Counted from the first letter of the stretch, positions 10,190 to 20,112 are shown. The stretch is DNA of 64,000 bases from Candidatus Poribacteria bacterium (GCA_036339735.1 JAYZAL010000036.1:64001-128000), one strand, 5' to 3'. Numbers and translations are program-made. The notes: generated from the letters alone by a model not told the origin.

Positions 10190-11018
10190 AGGAGTTATTA
10201 AATACTATAACGAAGAAAAAGGGTACGGATTTATCGCACAGGAAGGAGGAGGCGCGGATGTATTCATGCATAGTTCCTCAATCACTGGCCCCTATGATCA
10301 ACCAAGAGTTGGTCAAAGGGTACGATTCAACATAAAGGAAGGAAAAAAAGGACTAGTCGGTCATGATATCGAGCTACTGCTAACGGCCATAGAAAAGCGA
10401 TGGCTCAGTCAGGGTAAAAATCTGATTCCTCGAGAAAGTGTTTTAAATCAGCAAAATGTCACCACTAATATTTTTCAGCAGTGGATCGATGACGACAATA
10501 GTTCCGGCTCCGATCGTGGGAAAAATGACTTTGGGACTCTTTATATTGAAAAACAGATTCGTTACGAAGTACCTATGTTTTTTGCTACATATCAGCAGGA
10601 ATTATTTGGTGCTACGATTTTGAATTTTACGCGTAATCCAAAAGATATAGAATCAGTATTTGTGTTAGATGTTAACGGAAAGCGTAGGGAATATACTAAG
10701 CAACAGATCAAGTACTACTACAAAGCCGAAGATGCTCAGTTAATCGAGAAACTGCGAGTATTCGAGAAAGACATCCAGGCAAACCCCGTTTCTATTCCTA
10801 TTGGTAACTTGGAAGATATTATTCCTTTTGACCCTAAAGATCTACAAGAAGCCCGCCGAGGAGTTATACCAATTAAAATAGTTTTGAGAGAAGGCGAAAT
10901 TTTTCAAGGCCAGATTGATTGGGTCAGTGGAGCAGAAATTAAATTGGTCTTACAAAATGGATCCAAGATTGTGGCCTGCCAAGTCGCCATCCACGAGATC
11001 GATATTCTGATGCCATAA
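10182..11018 (+). CDS. Cold-shock domain protein with C-terminal Sm/Hfq-like domain(s)
   Basis: aa 1-66 have CSD RNP1 KGYGFI and RNP2 DVFMH; aa 216-274 align to Hfq; SD CAGGAGGAG before GTG. Confidence 0.8.
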   Translation: MPKGVIKYYNEEKGYGFIAQEGGGADVFMHSSSITGPYDQPRVGQRVRFNIKEGKKGLVGHDIELLLTAIEKRWLSQGKNLIPRESVLNQQNVTTNIFQQWIDDDNSSGSDRGKNDFGTLYIEKQIRYEVPMFFATYQQELFGATILNFTRNPKDIESVFVLDVNGKRREYTKQQIKYYYKAEDAQLIEKLRVFEKDIQANPVSIPIGNLEDIIPFDPKDLQEARRGVIPIKIVLREGEIFQGQIDWVSGAEIKLVLQNGSKIVACQVAIHEIDILMP

Positions 11019-11033
11019 ATTGAATTCTAAATA

Positions 11034-11621
11034 ATGGACTCATATCTTAACTTAATCGCTAACATTGGCGACGAAACCCGAGCTTTGGCTGACCAAGCCG
11101 GTAGTCTTCCATGTCCGACAAATTGTTTTGATTGTTGTCGGAATACGGCTACAATGTCAATCAGTCTTGTTGAAGCAAAACATCTGGGTATTGGATTAAA
11201 GACACTACCTCACCCAATACAGGAGCATGTGCAAAAAAAAGCAGAACGTACAATCAACAAGATTGAAAAAGAAGGCTATTCCGAAGAAGAGGTGGTAATA
11301 GCTGGCACGGAGGCTGCTGAAACAATAAAGGGGCATGTAGAATCAGAATGCCCAATGTTGCTTGGTGGTGTTTGTATCATCTACGACTATCGACCGATTA
11401 TATGTCGCGTTTGGGGGTATCCAATTCAAAACAACTTGGAGATATCCTGTTGCAAGAAAACTTTTCTTGATTCTGAGGCCACATATAAGCCACTACCCTA
11501 TGACCAACACTGGAATGACTGCAAGAAGCTAAGTGGCCCCCTCAAATCAAAGCAAAAAGAGGACGCCGCTCACCGTATCCCTATCTGCTACTTTGTACAG
11601 AATCTTTTAAAGAGCGGCTAA
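11034..11621 (+). CDS. YkgJ/FliB-like cysteine-cluster protein
   Basis: CPTNCFDCC ... CPML...CIIYDYRPIICRVWG. Confidence 0.85.
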   Translation: MDSYLNLIANIGDETRALADQAGSLPCPTNCFDCCRNTATMSISLVEAKHLGIGLKTLPHPIQEHVQKKAERTINKIEKEGYSEEEVVIAGTEAAETIKGHVESECPMLLGGVCIIYDYRPIICRVWGYPIQNNLEISCCKKTFLDSEATYKPLPYDQHWNDCKKLSGPLKSKQKEDAAHRIPICYFVQNLLKSG

Positions 11622-11658
11622 AATTTGATGAGAGCTTACTTCCTGCTACACATAATAA

Positions 11659-11711
11659 AAACCGGTTAAACTCAAGTTTCTCGAAGTCAACAAACTTGAG
11701 TTAGCCGGTTT
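11659..11711 (-). terminator. Terminator hairpin between convergent ykgJ-like and ferredoxin genes
   Basis: AAACCGGTTAAACTCAAGTTT ... AAACTTGAGTTAGCCGGTTT, about 20-bp imperfect stem with a T-tract on the minus strand. Confidence 0.8.
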
Positions 11712-11724
11712 CAGCGATTCTATC

Positions 11725-11985
11725 TTATTGGAAAAAGTCGGCATTCATCTTTGTATATTGTTCCCATTCATCCGGTACATCATCCTCGGCGAAGATAGCT
11801 TCTACAGGACATTCAGGTTCGCAGACTCCACAGTCAATACATTCCTCTGGATCAATATACAGCATCTTCTCAACATCAAATAACTCAGGAAAATCGCTGG
11901 TAGGATGGATGCAATCAACAGGGCACACGTCGACACAAGCAGTGTCTTTCACATCCACACAAGGCTCACAAATGACATAAGTCAT
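11725..11985 (-). CDS. fdxA: 7Fe ferredoxin ([3Fe-4S]+[4Fe-4S], FdxA type)
   Basis: MTYVICEPCVDVKDTACVDVCPVDCIH...IDPEECIDCGVCEPECPVEAI; AGGAG SD before ATG 11985. Confidence 0.93.
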   Translation of the reverse strand: MTYVICEPCVDVKDTACVDVCPVDCIHPTSDFPELFDVEKMLYIDPEECIDCGVCEPECPVEAIFAEDDVPDEWEQYTKMNADFFQ

Positions 11986-12105
11986 GGTTTCAAATCTCCT
12001 ATTTCTTCTACTACTATCACAACAGACTGCCGATATTCTCAATCGCACACAACCACCAATGGTATCAAATGCTATTCACAATCTGCAAGGGAAATCACGC
12101 GTAAA

Positions 12106-14904
12106 TCAAAGTTCTGGTACTAAGCTAGGATGGTAGCCAAAGACATTTTGTCCATTGATTGTTAGAGGTACAAACTCTACTTGATCAACAGAGTTCCCCG
12201 GCCAAGTAGCTAGCCACAATTGACCATTATTTTCATAGATCAACCCGGAACCATTAGGCAACCAAACGGGTGATTTACCTCCATTCTGAGTTAGCTGGTT
12301 TTCATTTGGCTGTCCGTAGTCGTCAAACTCGATAAGCCAGATCTGTTGACGACCATTTTCTAAACGGCAGAAGGCCAACCTCCGCATATCAACAGGCGAC
12401 CACACCGGTGTAGTATCATCATTTGGTCCAACGCTAATTGAATCAATTCGATTTGACTTCAAATCATAACTATATATATTACGCGTGGCTTTTCCGGTAT
12501 CATCTTTGCTGCCGATTTCTCCTGTACCAACATAGGCAAGTAACTTACTTGTTATATTCCAAGATGGCATTCCCATTTCTAGAGCCACAGAAGGCACTGA
12601 AATTTCGTAATCGGATTCGATATCTCGAATAAAAATCCGAGCTCTGTCAGTTAATTGTCGAGCGAACGCAACTTTCTTGCCATCAGGGGAGACTGTAGCG
12701 TCGGTAGCAAAATCACGCCTATTTAAGAATACCGAAGCTTTTTTACCTTTTTTTGAAATCATTACTTCACCTTGATCATTTTGATATATTAACTGACCAT
12801 TTAGTGATGTTGATGGTGAGTTGCCAAGACCAATCGGTTGATGAGAGCCTTCTGGTGAATAAGCCCAAATCACACCATCATAGCTATAGAAAAGATGAGT
12901 ACCAATTTGTGTTAGCCTTCCCGCACTTATTTTGGATTGTTGTGTTTTTTCTGCAATAGGCTGAGCTTTAAATTTTTTTTCATCCTTAAGCTCCCAACCT
13001 AGGCGTGTTGACTCAAAAACAAACCCGATCCCCCGTTTCCAGTACCACCATTCTTCCATCAACCTACTTCCACGTTTTATTTGGTATACGTCATCTGGCT
13101 GGCCATGCTGTATTCGAATTTCAGGCCGGTGTCCTACCTCAACTTCGGTAATGTTACCTAGCTGATCGGTGAAAATAGCAGCAATCTGAATATCAATGTT
13201 AGTGATAATTTGATCTTTGTAAACGGAAACCATTTGAGGTTTACCACGGACGGGCCGCCTGGTACCAAAAACTCCGACACCATCGTTGATACCGGCTTTA
13301 CGATCCCCATTGAGATCAATCACTGCCATTACATAGTAATCCTCTGGCATTAACGGAATTTTATAATAACCATCAGATCCAACATCAATTGGAATCGCAA
13401 TGGCCTGTGAAAAATCGTCTGTTTTTGAGACCGAAATAATAACTTCCCTATATTTAGTTGTTTCCACTGAATATATATCATTCGTCAAGATTCGACCAGA
13501 AATACCATTTGGAATAGAATCCAAATTTGTAGGAACAGTAGGGATTTCAGCCATGGGTATGAGCTGACCATCAGCTCCATAAGTAGCGGTGAGAAGAATT
13601 TGTAGGTTATTTAGCTGTTCAGTGGAGTCTACATTTGGCAGAGTTAACGCTTGTGGTGGATCATTGACTAGGTCGAGAGTGCCGTAACCACCCACCAAGT
13701 CCCCTGTACTATATGTACCATCTTGATCAACATCAACACTGGCAAGTAGATAATACACATGGTCAGAAGGAAAAGAGAAAGAAAAGCTGCCATCTGCTCG
13801 GACTTCAGACACAGCCACAGCACTCAGTAAAGCGGGTGATGTGTACGCTAATACCAGAGCTTTCTCAATTTCTTGCTTCAATCCGATTATTTTTCCACTT
13901 ACAGATATCATACTATCCGAAGCGGTTTGACCTGATAGCAGACGGGCTTTGATGGGGGTTATTCGTCCATTTTTTGATTTTCGACCCGAAATTTCAACAG
14001 TGACTCCTTCCATAAATTGATTGGGATCAATAAAAACAGGCGTAGGAAAATCCGAACGCAAATTTTGGATACCAAACGCTCCCACATAGTCACCAGTATC
14101 AAATCTATTATTCTGATTCTTATCTATAATAGCCATCAAGTAGTACTTTCCCCTCTGGATATTTAGTTTGAATTGTCCATCGTTACTAGCTTTAGTCTGG
14201 GCGACTTTGTAATTCCAGCTAGCATCAGAATAAGCCATTACTAGTGCGTTCTCGAACAAAATATGAGGGAGTCCATCTCCCCAGCTTAGTTGCCCAGAAA
14301 CACCGGAAGAGATTAGCTCCAGCTGAGATTGAAACATTTGCGACTTAGAAGGTTGGTAAGAATTGACTGGCACCATCTTTTGTTTACCGTTCAGATCAGC
14401 TAACCGAGCGGTGATCTCAATTTTTATATTCTCTACGATTTGTCCACTACTGATTTCAACAATACGTTTTTCTTGTGCTGAATCTGCCCAGTCATTTACT
14501 CCGTAAATTCCCATACCATCACCGAAATCAAAAACAGCAGTTTGATTAACATCGACGAAAGCAACAACATAGTAACTACCCGTCTCTACTAATACTTCAA
14601 AAAAACCATCTTTGAGCTGTACAACACTTGTGTAGGCGATCTTCAACTGTTCATCCACATATAACTGAACGGTTGTATGTGTTAAGTCACTTCCTGGCCA
14701 TACCACTCGACCTCGGATTTTAGCAGTTGCTTTTTCTTTAAACTCTTGTTGTCGTTCTTGTGTTTCTAAATCAATTGTTGGGTTAGTAGCACTAGCGTTA
14801 TTAACTAGAATGCCGAGGATTACAAATAAAAATAGCAAACTTTCGGAAAGGAAAGATAGTTCAAATATGAAGGCCCTATCGAAAGTAGATTGAGAACATA
14901 ACAT
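12106..14904 (-). CDS. Secreted multidomain protein: four repeated beta-sandwich domains plus C-terminal TolB/PD40-like propeller
   Basis: Signal-like N-terminus; four YY..A..D.N/D...G..G motifs; C-terminal SPDGKKVAF, PSWN, PVWSP and PVWLPNG repeats. Confidence 0.75.
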   Translation of the reverse strand: MLCSQSTFDRAFIFELSFLSESLLFLFVILGILVNNASATNPTIDLETQERQQEFKEKATAKIRGRVVWPGSDLTHTTVQLYVDEQLKIAYTSVVQLKDGFFEVLVETGSYYVVAFVDVNQTAVFDFGDGMGIYGVNDWADSAQEKRIVEISSGQIVENIKIEITARLADLNGKQKMVPVNSYQPSKSQMFQSQLELISSGVSGQLSWGDGLPHILFENALVMAYSDASWNYKVAQTKASNDGQFKLNIQRGKYYLMAIIDKNQNNRFDTGDYVGAFGIQNLRSDFPTPVFIDPNQFMEGVTVEISGRKSKNGRITPIKARLLSGQTASDSMISVSGKIIGLKQEIEKALVLAYTSPALLSAVAVSEVRADGSFSFSFPSDHVYYLLASVDVDQDGTYSTGDLVGGYGTLDLVNDPPQALTLPNVDSTEQLNNLQILLTATYGADGQLIPMAEIPTVPTNLDSIPNGISGRILTNDIYSVETTKYREVIISVSKTDDFSQAIAIPIDVGSDGYYKIPLMPEDYYVMAVIDLNGDRKAGINDGVGVFGTRRPVRGKPQMVSVYKDQIITNIDIQIAAIFTDQLGNITEVEVGHRPEIRIQHGQPDDVYQIKRGSRLMEEWWYWKRGIGFVFESTRLGWELKDEKKFKAQPIAEKTQQSKISAGRLTQIGTHLFYSYDGVIWAYSPEGSHQPIGLGNSPSTSLNGQLIYQNDQGEVMISKKGKKASVFLNRRDFATDATVSPDGKKVAFARQLTDRARIFIRDIESDYEISVPSVALEMGMPSWNITSKLLAYVGTGEIGSKDDTGKATRNIYSYDLKSNRIDSISVGPNDDTTPVWSPVDMRRLAFCRLENGRQQIWLIEFDDYGQPNENQLTQNGGKSPVWLPNGSGLIYENNGQLWLATWPGNSVDQVEFVPLTINGQNVFGYHPSLVPEL

Positions 14905-14920
14905 GGATGGAGACTAAACT

Positions 14921-15325
14921 CTACTTTTTACCACTGGAATATGCGTTCCCCAAATCGTTCGGGTAATTAGTGTTATTCGAAAGTGATTGTGAGAGGTTAA
15001 AGTTGGAAATGGCGTTAGTAGCTTCGCTGACTGCACGATTCTTTTCGGCATCCGATTCAACTAAGTGTAGTAGATGATCGGCCCTTATAAAATCCGTCGT
15101 GTCAACTTCATCTTTATTTCCCGTAAAGATTAGTTTAAATGTGAGATCAGGAGCTAACTCTTTGGCAGTTTTAAGCGCTTCTTCAGCCCGATCACGTGAT
15201 GCTGATTTTGCTATCAAGGAACCCGACACCGGTACATTATCATTTTCGTCCCATTTCCTCACCCACACAATTAACCAGCTATCAGGAAACTGTGATTGTA
15301 AACTGGATACGTCTATTTCTTTCAT
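14921..15325 (-). CDS. Hypothetical protein (DUF5678-like N-terminus)
   Basis: QFPDSWLIV...GSLIAKSASRD...FTG pattern; GAGGTG SD before ATG 15325. Confidence 0.55.
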   Translation of the reverse strand: MKEIDVSSLQSQFPDSWLIVWVRKWDENDNVPVSGSLIAKSASRDRAEEALKTAKELAPDLTFKLIFTGNKDEVDTTDFIRADHLLHLVESDAEKNRAVSEATNAISNFNLSQSLSNNTNYPNDLGNAYSSGKK

Positions 15326-15766
15326 AAACACCTCAATGTACCAAAAACCGACACAATTGTATCATAATAAGAAAAATATCGGCAAGCTAGGTGATACAAA
15401 ACAAAAAACGAACAAGTAAAAGCTACTATATTTGTTAGGATGTCTAGCCATTATATGGCTTAATTATTCTTTGGGCTTCCAAATTATAAAAATAATACGC
15501 TTGACCTAAATGCTGCAAGGAGAAATCTAGCTTTCTTACAGCAACGCTAGAACTACAAATTCATTATGAGCTTCTTCCTTAGACTTTGATTTTGGGTTTA
15601 ATAATTGACCAAGAAGTGCTATTTGTTTATTGAATTGGGGACGAAGGTTTACAGCAAAATTCAGTTGAAAATTATGTACCAAGTCAAGTTTCAAATACTG
15701 AGACTAGCATAACCTATTGAATACAATAATCTGCATATAATCGTGGACATTTAAGCCAAGTTATCA

Positions 15767-16963
15767 TCAGTTGCCACTTAACGCCAATATCAAATCTCCC
15801 AATTTGGCCGATTGTTTTTCCCAGCTATATTGTTTCATGAAATCAGCAGCTCGGTCGCCAATCCGTACTAGAGAATCTCGATTGTTATATGCAAATATCA
15901 GGTGATCTATGATCTCATCAATTTGACTTTCTCCCCATCCATCGGTACCAACATTGAAATAATTAACGGGCTTTTGGTCTTTTAAAATCAAGCAATTATC
16001 ATCTTGGACCAGATCGAGATGGCCTGTATTACCAGATAAGATGACTGGTATTCCACATGCCATACATTCCATTGCAACTAAATTAGTTCCCCCCTCAGCC
16101 CGATTAGGAAACAATGCTAAATCCATTTGTCGAATTGTATTGGCAATTTGGTTGTTGGGAACTAAACCAAGGTCCATGAAGTTTTGAGGAGGAATACCAT
16201 TTTGGACCAACCAATCAGATACGTTGACTTTACCATTCTGGTCATAAACAATCGGCGTATTAATACCAGAGTGGTCTAACTCTTGGGCTAAATTCTGCCA
16301 AGGGCTGTGCCATGCGGTTACTAAAACTGCGTCAGGATACATCTCAACAAATCGACTAAACGCTTTTACTACCAAATCTTGCCCTTTTCTAAATTCTAAT
16401 TTCCCACCCGAAAAAACCAAAAACCGATCTGGTATCGATGAACCTCTATTTTCTGCATGAAATATGGTATGGTCGACACCTTGCATAATTGTGGTAACAT
16501 TTTGGCAGCCGTTGCCTTCTAACACGCTCTGATTCCAAGTTGAACCTGTAATGATTAATCGATATAAGTTAGCTCGCTGAAAAGCGTCTAATGTTAGATT
16601 AGTGTCCTCAAAAAAAACGACTCCTGCTAGACAGGAGCTAAGTAACATTTGTTGATTGAAAGATGAGTTCGTTTTTAAACCATTAGCCAAGGCGTGAACC
16701 ACTGGGAAATCCAGGTTTAGGCTTTGACCCGCTGGCTGTTGAAGTAATTGGCGTTCTAATTCAACAGTTGCTTGGTGCAAGGAATGAAATTCTGCCCGAC
16801 GGATTGGGTCCAGACGAATAAGTTCCATTTGAAAAGCTTGAGAAAAAATTGGAAACAGTCGACCTTCTCGAAGCCAATTAAGTGCTAGATTGATCCCATA
16901 GACCCCCCAGCCATGTACACTCGAAGGTTGCCAGTTTAAAATACAAGAAATCGGATTAGTCAT
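15767..16963 (-). CDS. Glycosyltransferase family 4
   Basis: GGKLEFRKGQD and FPNRAEGGTNLVAMECMACGIPVI GT-B signature. Confidence 0.9.
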   Translation of the reverse strand: MTNPISCILNWQPSSVHGWGVYGINLALNWLREGRLFPIFSQAFQMELIRLDPIRRAEFHSLHQATVELERQLLQQPAGQSLNLDFPVVHALANGLKTNSSFNQQMLLSSCLAGVVFFEDTNLTLDAFQRANLYRLIITGSTWNQSVLEGNGCQNVTTIMQGVDHTIFHAENRGSSIPDRFLVFSGGKLEFRKGQDLVVKAFSRFVEMYPDAVLVTAWHSPWQNLAQELDHSGINTPIVYDQNGKVNVSDWLVQNGIPPQNFMDLGLVPNNQIANTIRQMDLALFPNRAEGGTNLVAMECMACGIPVILSGNTGHLDLVQDDNCLILKDQKPVNYFNVGTDGWGESQIDEIIDHLIFAYNNRDSLVRIGDRAADFMKQYSWEKQSAKLGDLILALSGN

Positions 16964-16996
16964 ATTAGTTGGACAGGGTTGCTTAATCGGCCATGT

Positions 16997-18067
16997 TTAT
17001 AGCTTCGGGTAATCAGGTACATCCTTGTAATTCTTCCAACTCTCTTTATAAATTTTCCATACACCATCACTAGTATCAATTGCTAGAATCAGAGTTTTAG
17101 TACCAAAATCGCGGTATGCAGGCCTATTTCCAGACGCTGGTGTATAGGCTTTGTATGTCTGCAAAAAGCCTACATCCGCGACCGCTGTGTCTCCATTGAT
17201 TTGTAAATTCGAAATCAAAACCTCAATTTTGCTATATCGCTTGTTAAGTCTTTGCATTCCTTGACGTAATTGTCTTTTGTCGAGAACTCGCTTTTTTTCC
17301 ATATCTTCTCTACCATTTACAACAGTCACCCTAGTGATCCTAGCTTCGTCTGCATACTGATTCATGTAGGTTTCTACATCCTTATTTTGCCATGATTTTT
17401 GCCAAAGTCCCAAAACTTGCCTGATTTTGAGTTGAGTGTCAACAGGTGAATCATTTGATAATCCAGAAGTTGCCTCTTGCACAATTACAGAACTATCTTG
17501 TACTGTTTTATTAGAGGTCTCAACCGCTACGGATGTCTCACTGCTTTGTGGAAACTCTTGCCGATCTCTCAATTCGAAATCGCTTACGAGATACCATTGT
17601 TTCCGAATACCCTTCTGAGTAATAACCAAATCACGATAGGTTCTCATCAACATTTGCCCACCTTTGAACAATCCAAGTGGTATTGAGTCAATGTTATACT
17701 TTTCTTTATTTCGTGGGTCCACGCGGTGAGAAATATTCTCGATCTGAACCGAAACTTCATCATAAGGACGAATACGTTTGATTGCTTCTCGGTACTGCGA
17801 TTTTGCTTTTTCATCATTTCGTAGGACTGTTGGATCCCATAAATTTTGGAATTTTTGTTCACTCTTAGATTCAACAGCATCTTTATATCGCTTGGCAAAT
17901 TGCTCAATAGTTTCCGCTTTACCAACAAAGTTCGCAGCAATTACAGACACAAAAATAATGCCTAAACACCCCCCAACAGCAAGGACTATTTGACGCTTTT
18001 TGATAATTCGACGAATCTTACCTAGTAATGTATTCCCATGCCAGTTATTTTGGTTTTGATTATTCAT
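16997..18067 (-). CDS. Membrane-anchored protein with two NTF2/SnoaL-like domains
   Basis: N-terminal TM; VLGLWQKSWQNKDVETYMNQYADEA ... GVWKIYKESW; AGAGGTGG SD before ATG 18067. Confidence 0.7.
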   Translation of the reverse strand: MNNQNQNNWHGNTLLGKIRRIIKKRQIVLAVGGCLGIIFVSVIAANFVGKAETIEQFAKRYKDAVESKSEQKFQNLWDPTVLRNDEKAKSQYREAIKRIRPYDEVSVQIENISHRVDPRNKEKYNIDSIPLGLFKGGQMLMRTYRDLVITQKGIRKQWYLVSDFELRDRQEFPQSSETSVAVETSNKTVQDSSVIVQEATSGLSNDSPVDTQLKIRQVLGLWQKSWQNKDVETYMNQYADEARITRVTVVNGREDMEKKRVLDKRQLRQGMQRLNKRYSKIEVLISNLQINGDTAVADVGFLQTYKAYTPASGNRPAYRDFGTKTLILAIDTSDGVWKIYKESWKNYKDVPDYPKL

Positions 18068-18092
18068 AACCCACCTCTGCTGTGTTTGCCAT

Positions 18093-19433
18093 TTAGTACT
18101 TCGGTACATCTTTGTAAATTCGCCATATTTCTTTCTGGATATACCACTGCTCATTCTCCTCTTCTATCCAAACTTCACGTTCCCAGATATCATATAGAAT
18201 GGGTTGTGTTTGTCCGTAACCAGAAGGTTTATGCAACCGATAATTAGCAATTAGGTTATCGCCTTCGGCAACAATTTTGGGTTTCTCTATGGAAGCCTGT
18301 TGGGTCCAAGTATTATTAGCCATCTGCCGGATAATGTCCTGCATCTGTTGATGATTTAAAGAACTGTATTTTTCTCCATTTGTTTGTATGATTGTTTGTT
18401 CAACTTGAATTTCAGGACTATAATAACCTAGGTGAGCTTCAATTCTTTTATTCCACCAATCCTGGTTCCATAACTCTAAGGTTCTTTGAGCACTGAAAAT
18501 TTGATTTTGGTTTAGGGAAGTTGCCCCAGTTCGTTTTATAGGTGACGTAACCTGACGATTTTCAACAAAGGCTCTAGCTTCTCGAATTTTTTGGTCCAAT
18601 AATAAGTCATGATCTTTCAGAACATTACGACCTTGGTTTAAGTATTCAATTTGTTTTGAATATTTCTCACCTTGAACAATAGCCTTATTTTTGGCTTGTT
18701 CTGAAATTCGACGTGCTAGTTCCACTTCAGATTTCGCTTTATCTAATTGCTTTTGATACTGACGTACTTCTTTCTGATATTTTTTAATTTTATTTTTGGC
18801 TTGGTCATATTCTGCCTGAATCTCGTTATATCGCCCCCGTAACTCACTCTGATTTTTTTGGACTTGTACTATGTGCGACTTACTTTGCCTTATTTCGTCA
18901 GTCTTTTCTTGAATCGTTTGTTCTAATTTTTCGATGGATTCATCTTTTTGTTGGCTAATTGATTCTATCTTTGATCGAGTCTGTTTTAATTCGACGAGTG
19001 TTTTCCGAATTTCAGCTTTAATTTTTTTAAGTTCGCGAGATCTATCATCTAGTAGATTGTTGAGTTCTTTTTCCCGTGAAACTGCCATCGCTTCTTGAGT
19101 CGCCACTTGAGCGTCAACTAACGCATGATAAGCTTTCTGAAGTGCGGTCAATCCATCCCTTTCATCTTTTGCTTTTTTTGCTGAATTTATCTGTTGCTCA
19201 GCACTTTCTACTAATTGTGGCGAATGTAGTCGAGCATTGGTCAAATAAGCTTGATCTAGGGCAATTTCCGATTGGGCAATTACAACTTCAACGTTTTCTA
19301 GGTCGATCTTTCCTATTGTTTTCCCACAAGCCATAAACATAGCACTAACAATCACTATTGTTACTGTATATATGAGCCGAGATAAATGATAGTTTCTATG
19401 CTTATTAATCTCATTCTGTTCTTTTATCACCAT
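18093..19433 (-). CDS. Lipoprotein with DUF4398-like helices, long coiled coil and C-terminal NTF2-like domain
   Basis: Lipobox FMAC; heptad-rich middle; LELWNQDWWNKRIEAHLGYYS ... QWYIQKEIW; AGGAG SD. Confidence 0.7.
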   Translation of the reverse strand: MVIKEQNEINKHRNYHLSRLIYTVTIVIVSAMFMACGKTIGKIDLENVEVVIAQSEIALDQAYLTNARLHSPQLVESAEQQINSAKKAKDERDGLTALQKAYHALVDAQVATQEAMAVSREKELNNLLDDRSRELKKIKAEIRKTLVELKQTRSKIESISQQKDESIEKLEQTIQEKTDEIRQSKSHIVQVQKNQSELRGRYNEIQAEYDQAKNKIKKYQKEVRQYQKQLDKAKSEVELARRISEQAKNKAIVQGEKYSKQIEYLNQGRNVLKDHDLLLDQKIREARAFVENRQVTSPIKRTGATSLNQNQIFSAQRTLELWNQDWWNKRIEAHLGYYSPEIQVEQTIIQTNGEKYSSLNHQQMQDIIRQMANNTWTQQASIEKPKIVAEGDNLIANYRLHKPSGYGQTQPILYDIWEREVWIEEENEQWYIQKEIWRIYKDVPKY

Positions 19434-20112
19434 GTTTTCACTCCTATAGCTCTCTCAAAAGATCATCTAAATTAAGTTTCGGCTTGTTACTTTCCATCAC
19501 GCAATCTCAGCTAAAAAGAAAGAAGAAAGATTGTAGCAACCGAGAGAATACAATCGAAGTAGTAGGTCAGGTTAATCTCAAATATACATACGTCTAACTA
19601 ATCAATCTGTTTCTAATTTCTAACGAATAAGCTTGTGAGTAGCACCCAAACAAACTTATTCATCTGTCTATCTAGTAATTAGAGTGAAAAATTGGATACT
19701 TGAGGGATATAAGGTCTCACACTGCTAAATTCAGTTAATCTCAAGATACAACAAGTTCTGACCTTACACGCCTTGGAGTCATAACTCCATACTTTCGGAT
19801 CATGTTGTGATACAACTGTATGTATTATGTTGAAAACATATTTAGGTGTAAATCATGGACCTTATAAGTACAGAAATATAGAGAATTATTTCAACCGTAA
19901 AGGAACATCACGAGTTGGAATATTGAAAAACTAACTCACCGGCAGAAAAATGAAAGCCCTGTAGCTTACCATGCCAATTCAAAAGACTCAGTCGCGTAGA
20001 TTAGCTCAGCTCAAAACTAACCCAATACTATAACAATCTTGGTTAATCTTTAATCGTCTTTAGAATTCAGTCAGGCATTTATTATTGAAAAATTTGATGA
20101 GTAGATAGGACT

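Noticed and set aside
11986-12048. N-terminal extension of the ferredoxin in the ORF track
   Set aside because: Family N-terminus MTYVI and the SD place the start at 11985
15099-15419. 106-aa plus-strand ORF
   Set aside because: Antisense to the better-supported 14921..15325 gene
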